64,000 nt of DNA from Microcoleus sp. (GTDB lineage Bacteria > Cyanobacteriota > Cyanobacteriia > Cyanobacteriales > Microcoleaceae), in assembly GCA_052279835.1 (NCBI GenBank), contig CP181291.1:5920001-5984000 (forward strand), read 5' to 3'. Both the position numbers and the translations under genes were made by a program. Each line of letters opens with the position of its first letter. The stretch's first letter is position 1. Of the stretch, positions 32,935-42,031 are shown piece after piece. A model generated the notes under the pieces. The model was not told the DNA's origin. It worked only from the letters and a program-made list of their open reading frames with translations, and made no database searches.

Positions 32935-35289
32935 TCACTCTTTTTTAGGAGCTAATTTAGGCAGACTGGTAGGGACTGGGGTAAAATTCAAATATTGATT
33001 TTTATCTGCCAGTACAGGTCCTTTTGATGCTTGATATTTTTTGGATTTACCAATATGATTAGCAACGGTTCCTAAACAAGGAATACCAAAGTTTTCTAAT
33101 TGAGCGAAAACTTTCTTCACTACAGAATGCTTAACCTTGAGAATTGATACCACCATCAGTATGCCATCTGTCCGTGCAGCCAAAAAATTAGCATCTTTAC
33201 TCTCAATCAGCGGTGGCGTATCGTAGATCACCAAGTCAAATATGCCATTAAATTCTGCCATTAAATACTGCATCTGAGACGAAGCCAGCAGTCTGGAAGT
33301 CCCCGGTTGAGGAATTCCCGCAGTTAGCACAAACAAATTATCCGCTACAGGCGATCGTTGAATCGCTTCCTTGAATTCAATTTTATTTTGCAACAAGTCG
33401 CTCAATCCCTTTGCATTTGGCAAATCTAACAGCAAATCAAGACTGGGATCGTGCAAATTCGCATCTACTAACAGCACTCGCTGACCTGCTAGCGCTGCCA
33501 CATGAGCTAAATTGAAAGCGATGATAGATTTGCCTTCCCCCGCCGTAGCCGAACCGATGACCAAAGAGGCGATCGCCCGATGGGAAGACAGAAAGCGAAT
33601 GTTAGTATAAAGAGAGTCAAATGCTTCTATAAATTCCGCAGCATTTTTTTTATACTTATTCTCCTTGTTTTCCAGAACCTCATAGGCATTTGCAATAGAG
33701 GGATAGAAATTTTTAGCAGTTTTGTTGACAGGAATTACACCCAACAAAGGGGAATCGACTGCATCTTTAACATCGTCAGCACCGTAAAATGTATTCTGTA
33801 TTTTTTCGATGATTATCGCCAGCACCAGACCCAAAACTAGGCCCCCAAGCACCCCCATCATTAATTTATTGGTATTTTTAGATGCCACAGGAATCATCTT
33901 CCCATCAGGATCTCGCGGTATTTGAGGCTCAGAAATTATTTCCCAAGGTACTTGGCTTTGAGCCGCTTGCACCCGTAGCGTTTCCCGTTGAGTCAAAAGT
34001 TGATCCCGCGTGCGCGCAGCTATATCTAGTTGCTGTTGCAGTTCGTTGTAGCGTCTGGCTACGGTAGGAAATTCTTTTGCTTGTCGATCCAAATTGTTTC
34101 TTGTCTGCGTAATCGCTTGATTGCGAGCCTCTAAAACTTGAACTTGGTTAGCAGTATCAACCAATTGCTTAATCAAGCCAATACGAATGGAATTCTGGAA
34201 ATTTTGAACTTTAGAATTTGCCTGAGTTCCTACTAAATTTTGACCCAAAATTCTGTCGGTTTGCTTATTTAGTAATGCTATTAAATTGGCCCGCTTCCGC
34301 TCTAAAGCTTCCACTATCGGATTCGCCGACTTAAACCGAGCTGTTTCTACCGCAATCTGACCTTCTACTTCCTTAACCTTTGTCAGCAGCTCTTTGTATT
34401 GAGGTTCTTCGCTTAAAGCTGACGCTGCAATAGCTTCGTTTGGTGTAAAATCCAATTGTTTTTGCAAATTTGCATACAGAATCTTCTGCTCTTCTAGCAG
34501 CCTTTGGGTTTCTAGTTGTAAGGTTTCTATATTCCGAACTTGCTGGATCAATTGCGCTCCTTGTTCTTTCGGATCTGCTATCCTTTGCTGCTGTTGGATA
34601 ATCTGCAACTCAGACTTTAAATCGTTGACGCGCTTATTAAGTCCTGGAAGCTGGTCTTCAATAAATTTCACACCTTCACCAATCCGACTTTTGCGTTCGT
34701 CAAGACTGTACTTTAAATATTTCTTTTTAGTTTCTTGTAAAACCAATTCCACTAACTTAGGATCTTGACCCAAGAATCTCACTTCCAAAATTTTAGTTTT
34801 ATTCAGTTCAGTTTCTCCCAGGCGCAATACTAGCAATCCTTTTTTGAGAATCTCTTCAGTAAATTTGGGATCTTGCTTTTTGACTTGTTTGGTAATTTCT
34901 GACAGCATTTGAGGACTCTGGAGAATTTCCAGTTGAGTTGCGTAATCGAGACTAAAAAAATCTCGACTCGGCACTCCACCTTCGCGATTCGCCAAAGCAG
35001 AGGGATCGGCAATCCTGGCTTCGGTTGTTACCGGTTCCACTAACATCCGAAAATCACCTTGATAGGTTTTCTTGCTACCTTTTATCTGGTAGACTATGCC
35101 ACCACTTGCTAGGGCTACAATCCCCATAATTATCAAGGCTTTCCGTTTAAAAGTCCTCAATAGCGGGGCTATATTCAAGGATTTTTGAGGCTTTTCGCCT
35201 GACTCTTCTCCTTCCTCGGCGGAGAATTGCTGCACTGGTCTGGTTTGGGTACTAATTTCTACGATATTAGGGTCTTGTTCTGTTTCCAT
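32935..35289 (-). CDS. Wzc/GumC-family polysaccharide co-polymerase / tyrosine autokinase
   Basis: Two TM segments flanking a coiled coil, EAFDSLYTNI, AGEGKS, VDANL, IYDTPP. Confidence 0.9.
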   Translation of the reverse strand: METEQDPNIVEISTQTRPVQQFSAEEGEESGEKPQKSLNIAPLLRTFKRKALIIMGIVALASGGIVYQIKGSKKTYQGDFRMLVEPVTTEARIADPSALANREGGVPSRDFFSLDYATQLEILQSPQMLSEITKQVKKQDPKFTEEILKKGLLVLRLGETELNKTKILEVRFLGQDPKLVELVLQETKKKYLKYSLDERKSRIGEGVKFIEDQLPGLNKRVNDLKSELQIIQQQQRIADPKEQGAQLIQQVRNIETLQLETQRLLEEQKILYANLQKQLDFTPNEAIAASALSEEPQYKELLTKVKEVEGQIAVETARFKSANPIVEALERKRANLIALLNKQTDRILGQNLVGTQANSKVQNFQNSIRIGLIKQLVDTANQVQVLEARNQAITQTRNNLDRQAKEFPTVARRYNELQQQLDIAARTRDQLLTQRETLRVQAAQSQVPWEIISEPQIPRDPDGKMIPVASKNTNKLMMGVLGGLVLGLVLAIIIEKIQNTFYGADDVKDAVDSPLLGVIPVNKTAKNFYPSIANAYEVLENKENKYKKNAAEFIEAFDSLYTNIRFLSSHRAIASLVIGSATAGEGKSIIAFNLAHVAALAGQRVLLVDANLHDPSLDLLLDLPNAKGLSDLLQNKIEFKEAIQRSPVADNLFVLTAGIPQPGTSRLLASSQMQYLMAEFNGIFDLVIYDTPPLIESKDANFLAARTDGILMVVSILKVKHSVVKKVFAQLENFGIPCLGTVANHIGKSKKYQASKGPVLADKNQYLNFTPVPTSLPKLAPKKE

Positions 35290-35769
35290 GTTGACCTCTT
35301 TATATTTGGCTACTAAAAATAATCGCTTATGAGCATATTCCGATTGACAGTTTCACCCTTTACTTAACGATATCACAGGAGATTCTTGGTGTGTCAATGC
35401 CAATTACCTTACTTCTAATCATTATCACTGTTGACACATTGTACTGTTACTGATAGACAATAGGTCTCAAAAATATTTTAATTTTATCACAAAATAAATA
35501 CACCCCCTCCCAAAACTCCCAAATTCTTTGGTCCAGAGGTTGATGAGTGTGGTAACTCAACGGTAAATCACTCAATAATCTAGGGTAACATCAGGGCTTG
35601 AAGATTCTCGTTACTCTGGATTTGAGGAAGATGTATGGGGATTTTCATCGATCGCAAATGTAGATGTTGAAGTCTAACCCCCTGGAAGGTAGAATAGTCC
35701 AGTGTTTTAAAATTTTAAGTTGAGAGTTGAAATTTAATTGCCCTACCAGGAAAACTCGACTTCAATATC

Positions 35770-36432
35770 CTAAGATTGGCGGTAAGCAACTACAGCATAA
35801 AAAGGATCGCCACTTCCTATTCCCAGCATTTTCATGAAACTCGGCAAACTGGACTGCTTAGAAATTATTTCCGGTTTGCTAAATCCGGGTATACTCGCTC
35901 CTTTGACAGCATCAAAGTAACTCTTGACCAATTCTACCCGATCGCCCTCCGAACCTTCCCGCCAAGCCGCAATTGCTTTTTGATAAAACATCCGGTTAGA
36001 AAAGCTGATAATTGCCACACCACCCGGTTTCAAAATACGGTGGATCTCGGCAAAAATCAGATCCGGGTGTTGCAAATACTGTACCGAAACGCAGTTAATC
36101 ACAGCATCAAACTCGGCATCCGCTAGCGGTAATTGAGGATTTGCGTTCAAATTCTGGACAAAATAATGGTTGAGTCTCGAATTTTTAGCCAACTCTTCTT
36201 GATTCATGCCGTGCCCCTCCACATGGGCAAACTCGATGTCATCTGGCAAGTGAGAAACCCAACTACTCATCATATCGAATATCCGAGTATGCGGTTTCAA
36301 CCGCTCCCGATACAAATCCGTTAATTGCTGAATAAATCCCTCGTCAACATGAGTCACAAACCGGGGATAAGCATAGAACAAGTTGTCGTCGGTGTCGTCT
36401 AACTTGGTTCGTCGATCGTCTGGAAGTAACAT
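35770..36432 (-). CDS. Class I SAM-dependent methyltransferase
   Basis: PRFVTHVD, DMMSSWVSHLP, VSVQYL, RILKPGG, SFSNRMF. Confidence 0.9.
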   Translation of the reverse strand: MLLPDDRRTKLDDTDDNLFYAYPRFVTHVDEGFIQQLTDLYRERLKPHTRIFDMMSSWVSHLPDDIEFAHVEGHGMNQEELAKNSRLNHYFVQNLNANPQLPLADAEFDAVINCVSVQYLQHPDLIFAEIHRILKPGGVAIISFSNRMFYQKAIAAWREGSEGDRVELVKSYFDAVKGASIPGFSKPEIISKQSSLPSFMKMLGIGSGDPFYAVVAYRQS

Positions 36433-36544
36433 ATATTCAGATATCAGGAAGAATGAAGAATGCAGAATGCTTTTGGGTAAAAGCGATCGAGAAGCACTTA
36501 AATGTGGAAAAGGTTGCTACATCAACAAGCTAGCTCGTTTGCGA

Positions 36545-37258
36545 TCATTTCAACCAAGCCCGATGAGCCATCAAAGCCGAAAAAGGCTGCACGCCCCGCA
36601 ACTGATTAGACAGCGGCAAATGACCCCTAGGGGCGCTCAAATCCCAAATAAACTCTTGGGGATACCTAGTCCAATTATTCCCCTTCTTCCAGCCAATTAG
36701 CGGCCACAACTTATCCCAATTTTTACCCGAACTTAGCCAAATTTCCCGTTGCACCGAAAAGCCGAATTTGCCTTCAGAATGAACCTTCCACAGTGTATTG
36801 ATTGTTTGTAAATCTGCCACGGGCAAACTTTCCACCTGGGTAAAATACAGCCACTTTCTCGCCGAAGCTGTTTCCCCCGCCAATTCACAAAGTTTATCTA
36901 AAGTCAAGCGATCGGCTTCTTGAAATTCCTGTAGGGCCAATAATTGTTGCAGTGGAGTGTAATCAATATTCGAGTCCGATCGCAGTGGCACAACCCCTGT
37001 GGGAAAATGCACTTGCAAAAACTCCGTCGCTTTCGGAGAATTAGCACTATACAAAATTTGGTAAGCCTTACCCATTACTGCCGTCGGTTCATCCGACTTG
37101 CGCTCTAATAAAAATTCCATCAATACATCCCAACTGGAATCTGCCATCTGTTGCAGAAATTGCAGTTGAGTTTTTTCCGAACCCGACCTCAACAGAGAGC
37201 GGAGTTCGGCTGATACAGCCGCCGAGTCTAATGGAGAAGTAGAAATCGAGTCAGTCAT
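36545..37258 (-). CDS. gun4: GUN4 (Ycf53), Mg-chelatase activator
   Basis: ADRLT...KLCELAG, RKWLYF, HSEGKFGFSVQREIW, WTRYP, APRGHLPLSNQLRG. Confidence 0.93.
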   Translation of the reverse strand: MTDSISTSPLDSAAVSAELRSLLRSGSEKTQLQFLQQMADSSWDVLMEFLLERKSDEPTAVMGKAYQILYSANSPKATEFLQVHFPTGVVPLRSDSNIDYTPLQQLLALQEFQEADRLTLDKLCELAGETASARKWLYFTQVESLPVADLQTINTLWKVHSEGKFGFSVQREIWLSSGKNWDKLWPLIGWKKGNNWTRYPQEFIWDLSAPRGHLPLSNQLRGVQPFSALMAHRAWLK

Positions 37259-37349
37259 GAGAAACAATCAGCTATCAGCTATCAGCTATTAGCTGAAGCC
37301 CTGGTTTTTCCCCATTGTACAATGGTACTGACTCCGATTCACTTCTATC

Positions 37350-37524
37350 TGTTGGGATGTCCCCGCCCAAAAGGGGGAGGAACATCAGAGTTCCCCCACA
37401 GTCATCAGGAATGGGAACCAACAAAAATAAATTGAGGAGCGGCATCTGACGATCCGATTTAACTTACACCCCCGGGAAGTCCCCCACCATACCTGGTACT
37501 CCAGGTGAGCGGTGAGTAGCTCAC
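37350..37524 (+). mobile_element. Structured ~175-bp element, possible non-autonomous IS200/IS605 derivative
   Basis: GATGTCCCCGCCCAAAAGGGGGAGGAACATC hairpin at the left; ACCTGG-TACT-CCAGGT hairpin then GGTGAGTAGCTCAC at the right. Confidence 0.4.
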
Positions 37525-37540
37525 AACAGTTTTCTAGAGC

Positions 37541-38113
37541 CTAATCGTCCACTACCGAAGCCCAGGCAGAGAACGAAGGCGGAAAATAGTTGATATCATA
37601 TCCCGCAAGTTCCCACTCTTTCACCCACAGAGGCACCACCCCAGGGCAGGGAGTAGCCGAAAATTGACGTTCCTTAACCTCGATCGAATGAAATAACTGT
37701 TTTAAAGTATCTCCCCGATCCAAAGCTTCGCTGAGGATATCATCCAAATCAGGATCGACTCGCTTAACCCGGTTGTTATCCTCTTCAGTCCACAGCAGTT
37801 TCAAAGACTTCAAATCCCTAGGACTGAGGATGCTCTTGTAATACACCCGCTTCAGGGCAGCTACAGGCTCCAAACTGCGTTCGATCCGGCGAATTTGCTC
37901 AACTCGCAGGTAATGCCATTGGGCCAAAAGCTTCCGTTCCGATGGCGGGAGTACCCCCTTACCGCTAGCGTGTTGATAGTCATACTTCACCAAACTGCAA
38001 GCCATATTCGCCAGCAAGTGAATCAGCTCTTTTTCTTTGGGTGTAGCTTGACGCCGTTCCTGGGTTCTTGTCAATACCCGCTGTCTGCGAGTAGTCACGA
38101 GTGTGTTTTCCAT
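37541..38113 (-). CDS. Orphan hypothetical protein (190 aa, Arg-rich N-terminus)
   Basis: Only long ORF in the interval, ATG start, no recognisable family motif. Confidence 0.65.
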   Translation of the reverse strand: MENTLVTTRRQRVLTRTQERRQATPKEKELIHLLANMACSLVKYDYQHASGKGVLPPSERKLLAQWHYLRVEQIRRIERSLEPVAALKRVYYKSILSPRDLKSLKLLWTEEDNNRVKRVDPDLDDILSEALDRGDTLKQLFHSIEVKERQFSATPCPGVVPLWVKEWELAGYDINYFPPSFSAWASVVDD

Positions 38114-38729
38114 TGGGTTTTTATGAACTTAAATAGGATCGAAGCCTGCATCTGATTGGCCAGAAAATCAGAAGCTAGCTCAGTTGAGAGATGGGGAAGA
38201 TCTATCCCAAGACTGGCCTCATCTTTTTATTTTCCCACTCACATCTGGAATTTAGGTAGACTGAGAGCAGGATGAAGTCTCAACCGCTTCCCACAGGTAC
38301 TACAGGACAACAGCCATAACCTCATCCCTTAGAAGTTCCTATCCTTTTCCTGTTTTTACCTCTTCTTGCTCCCCATCCTCATTCGTTCCAGTGTAATGGA
38401 AGTCGGGATAACTCTCCAAAGCCCCACCACTGCGAACAAATTTTCCAGCAGCAGCAAGACCAGCCACACTGGGGCTACCTAGATCGAATACGCCTAAAAC
38501 TAAGATGCTGTATTTCATTTTCGATGACCCTGATTTGCGTAGATTGACACTTGTTGGCAACTCCAACCAGTCAGAAGTGGGTTGATGCAATAGCCCACTT
38601 GCCTTTGGAGAAATCTGCCTGTCATAATCAATTCAGACAGGCACACCCTGAGCGATCGGTCGCGCCGGAAGTGACGTGTTAGTAGTATCCACGATCATCC
38701 ACCAACCCGAATATTTTGGGTAGTGGAGC

Positions 38730-38809
38730 TTATGCCATCAGGGCCACGATCTATCAGGGAGTTATGCCATCAGGGTGCTAATCCATCGGGTAGTTAATCC
38801 ATCAGGGCG
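38730..38809. repeat. Five tandem 16-bp imperfect direct repeats (core CCATCAGGG)
   Basis: ttatgccatcagggcc / acgatctatcagggag / ttatgccatcagggtg / ctaatccatcgggtag / ttaatccatcagggcg. Confidence 0.9.
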
Positions 38810-38891
38810 CATCTTTTACCTGCATGAAATTTCATGCGATCTAAGTCAACTTAAAAAAACGCAGATTAACGATATCTCCCACTCAAGCAGT

Positions 38892-38918
38892 CCTCAGCAA
38901 AAAGCTGGGGTTTTTTAT
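38892..38918 (+). terminator. Intrinsic terminator on the + strand with no + strand gene upstream
   Basis: CCTCAGC-AAAAA-GCTGGGG-TTTTTT. Confidence 0.6.
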
Positions 38919-39021
38919 TGCCAGCTATGACTGAGCCAGTATTTTCCGTAGAAAGGTACTGGGCCTGAAGGCCTAGCTAGCTGAAGACAGGAACTTAAAG
39001 GTTATAAGTTTCCCCGATCGC

Positions 39022-39030
39022 ATTATACCA
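39022..39030 (-). promoter_or_regulatory. Extended -10 promoter TGGTATAAT
   Basis: Perfect TGnTATAAT, 6-7 nt before the first hairpin (GGGGAAACTTA...TAAGTTCC). Confidence 0.55.
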
Positions 39031-39345
39031 CCGAGTGAATTTTAAAGTATTATTGTAAAACAATGTAAACACACAGTCTAAATACAAAGCTATGTGGGGA
39101 TTCTCGATCGCGTCCCAGTAAAAATTAACATACTTATAATGTCAACCAGTATAAATAACCACAACGGGTCGGACGACGATCGCTCCATGGGAAGATTTCC
39201 TATTGCAAAGATACAGTAAAGATTGAAAATAACCACGATAATTAGTAGATAATGGAGTAATAGAAACCCAAAGTTTCAACTAAATCAACTGGCAAATAAC
39301 GGAAATTTGTAACCCTTCAATCGGACAAAATAGAGGTGAACCGTC

Positions 39346-41997
39346 TTGATCGATCAGCAGGTGACAACCGAAATAAACACAACTTATCAATATCAAGTAG
39401 GAGGATATCTCCCCGTCAGCGCCCCCACCTATGTCAAGCGGCCGGCAGACGAAGAACTCTACAAACAACTCCTAGACAGGAACTTCTGCTATGTCCTCAG
39501 TCCGCCACAAACCGGAAAGTCCAGCCTACTGCTGCAAACCGGGAAAAAACTGCAAGCAGAAGGTACATTCATTGCAGCAGTTAACTTGAAAAGCATCAGC
39601 CATCCCAATATCACCCCCCAAAAGTGGTATCGGGGAATTATGTATCGCATAGCCAGCAGTTTTAACCTCACAAATAGGTTTGATGCTCTCAAATGGTGGA
39701 ACGACCGCGAACTACTCTCACCGGTACAGCGATTAGAGATATTTATCGAAAAAGTTCTGTTAAAATCACTTAAAAATCAACAAAACATCGTAATTCTCCT
39801 CGATGACATAGACAGTATTAACAACTTAAATTTCAGTGCCAAAGATTTTTTGGCTTTAATTCTCAATTGTTATTCTAAGCGAAGCACTCAACAGGACTAC
39901 GAGCGTATTACTTTTGCCATGATGGGAGTAACCATACCCTCAGAATTAATCGAAGACACCAAGTGCAACCCGTTTAACATAGCACGATCAATTCATTTAG
40001 ACCGATTGGAATTACACGAAAGTTTCCCCCTCGCCAAAGGATTAGCAGTCAAAGCATTTCGACCTCAAAAAGTGCTCCAAGCCATATTAGATTGGACAGG
40101 TGGTCAACCGTTTTTGACTCAAAAAATTTGCAGCTTGGTAGCTGAGTATGGATCTTTCATTGGCAGAAATTGCGAACTAAAAGAAATTGAAAAATTAGCG
40201 AAAATTAGAATTATAAAAAACTGGGAAGATTGGGACAAGCCAGAACATTTAACAGCAATTCGCCGAGGCATTTTCCAGAGTTCCTGCGACAGCAGTCGAT
40301 TGTTAGGGTTATACCAGCAAATTTTGCAAACCCCCGCTTCGGAAAAATTAGGGGAAACCGAGGGAGTAGCTGCGGATTCATCTCCCGAACAAATCGAATT
40401 ACAAAAATTAGGGTTGGTTGTCAAAGATTCTCGGAATAAACTAAGAGTAGCCAACCGGATTTATGAATCAGTATTCAATATTTTTTGGGTAGAAAAAGAA
40501 TTGGGGAATCTGGCTCCCTACAAAGCATCACTCACAGCATGGCTGGCTTCCGAACGTCAAGATAAGTCCCAATTATTGACGGGAAAAAGTTGGCAAGCTG
40601 CCTTAGATTGGGCCGCCAATAAAAAACTCGGTCCAGAACACTATAGCTTCTTACATCCCGATCGAGATTTACCGGAAAAACCAGCAGTGGTTTTGGCACC
40701 AATTTCCGAAACTATTACAGACAGTAGTCTTGTCAACCCAGCACCCTTAGAGACTGTTCCAGCTAGCCGCGACGAACAGAAACTGTACAACCACATAATC
40801 TCCTGCGTCCAAACAGAATCGCCGGTACAGGTGATAGAGCGTTTCCGGCAGCTATTTATAGATGGTATGGGCTATCCCGATCCAGACATAGAAGCAACTT
40901 TGTATAGTATAGTCTCTCTAAAGCGATCGGAACAGGAGTTTAAATACATCCTCCACCGCTGCTGTTACATCCCCATCAACCGATGGCAATTGAATTCCCA
41001 ATACAAATTGGCGATCGCCAATTTGGTAGGTCTATTTAAGCAAACTTCACCCAGATTTGGGATGGATTTTTACATAGTCAAGTGCTTGCAGCGTCAAATA
41101 GATTTATTTACTAAAAGTGAAGAATTTGTCAATTTAGAACGCTTGGTAAAAGCTGTAGAACTAGGCTCGGAACTTCAGCAAAAACAGACTCACACTACCT
41201 TGGGAGAAATAATTTTTCGATATCCTTATTTATACGGTTATTCTCTGTTGAGCAAGGAAAGTATTGCAGAAGAACAGCAAACTATCCAACGACTGCAATC
41301 TCAAAGGCAACAGCAATTTGAAACCGACTTATCTCTTTATTTAAACTATTTAGTTGCGCCGGGACAGACTGAAATTGGGATTGTAAACCCCGCCCCCAAT
41401 CCCACGCTTTTGAACGATGCAGAATTACATTTAGCCGTCCGGGAATTTGCTGGAAAGGTGAGTGACGACCGCACTTACAAAGAGTCGGCTCAGTTATTCT
41501 TAAGACAGGCCAGAAATACTCGCTCCTATCAATCATTTAAAGTTGATTTGTATGAATATTTAATCTCAGCGGTGGAACCTGAATACGGCCGGCGTCAATT
41601 CAGCGGTCGTTTGTACAAATACATCAAAAACACCCTCCGTGAAAATGATTCTGTGAAGTTAAATAATTTGTTATTAGTTCAGACTTGTCATGAATTATTC
41701 AATTTTTTAGTAGTGGCAAACGAACACCATCCCAGTCACTACATTTTTTATGACTTAGTTTACAATCTCGGTCCCAGCAGAACCATGGGTTTACTGCTGA
41801 AATTGGTACTGCTTTCTGGTAAAGCTAAACCTGATTTGGAAAAGCGATTTTCTATTTTATTCAATCACTATGAAGGGAAAGGCGCTGATGAAATCCTGTG
41901 GTTTATCAAATCTTTGGAAAACTTAAATGTCGCTTTTGTGGTGAATTTTGGGAAACCAGATTTGTCTGTCGTTAAACGGAATTTGATTTTGAATTGA
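39346..41997 (+). CDS. AAA-like (AAA_35-type) NTPase fused to an uncharacterised helical C-terminal domain
   Basis: YQVGG...PTYVKRPADEEL, PQTGKSSL, ILLDDID, WTGGQPFLTQK, LRVANRIYESVF; start codon uncertain (TTG 39346 or GTG 39361). Confidence 0.85.
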   Translation: MIDQQVTTEINTTYQYQVGGYLPVSAPTYVKRPADEELYKQLLDRNFCYVLSPPQTGKSSLLLQTGKKLQAEGTFIAAVNLKSISHPNITPQKWYRGIMYRIASSFNLTNRFDALKWWNDRELLSPVQRLEIFIEKVLLKSLKNQQNIVILLDDIDSINNLNFSAKDFLALILNCYSKRSTQQDYERITFAMMGVTIPSELIEDTKCNPFNIARSIHLDRLELHESFPLAKGLAVKAFRPQKVLQAILDWTGGQPFLTQKICSLVAEYGSFIGRNCELKEIEKLAKIRIIKNWEDWDKPEHLTAIRRGIFQSSCDSSRLLGLYQQILQTPASEKLGETEGVAADSSPEQIELQKLGLVVKDSRNKLRVANRIYESVFNIFWVEKELGNLAPYKASLTAWLASERQDKSQLLTGKSWQAALDWAANKKLGPEHYSFLHPDRDLPEKPAVVLAPISETITDSSLVNPAPLETVPASRDEQKLYNHIISCVQTESPVQVIERFRQLFIDGMGYPDPDIEATLYSIVSLKRSEQEFKYILHRCCYIPINRWQLNSQYKLAIANLVGLFKQTSPRFGMDFYIVKCLQRQIDLFTKSEEFVNLERLVKAVELGSELQQKQTHTTLGEIIFRYPYLYGYSLLSKESIAEEQQTIQRLQSQRQQQFETDLSLYLNYLVAPGQTEIGIVNPAPNPTLLNDAELHLAVREFAGKVSDDRTYKESAQLFLRQARNTRSYQSFKVDLYEYLISAVEPEYGRRQFSGRLYKYIKNTLRENDSVKLNNLLLVQTCHELFNFLVVANEHHPSHYIFYDLVYNLGPSRTMGLLLKLVLLSGKAKPDLEKRFSILFNHYEGKGADEILWFIKSLENLNVAFVVNFGKPDLSVVKRNLILN

Positions 41998-42031
41998 AAT
42001 AACGGTATATTGAGTCGTTTTATACAGATTT

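Larger units (their letters stand above)
38140..39015 (-). ncRNA. Candidate long structured leader or ncRNA
   Basis: More than ten inverted-repeat stems in ~880 nt, starting just downstream of an extended -10 box. Confidence 0.4.

Noticed and set aside
37380..37485. Hammerhead ribozyme (CTGATGA on - strand, CTGACGA on + strand)
   Set aside because: No correctly placed GAAA and stems II/III could be built by eye
38339..38590. 83-aa (or 59-aa) ORF within the structured region
   Set aside because: No recognisable motif or clear RBS; it overlaps several stems; cannot be supported, though a leader peptide is not excluded
38140..38650. Group II intron remnant (GTGTG at ~38645 on - strand)
   Set aside because: No domain V hairpin and no reverse transcriptase found
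38730..38809. Possible CRISPR array
   Set aside because: Units are contiguous 16-mers without spacers and no cas genes are present
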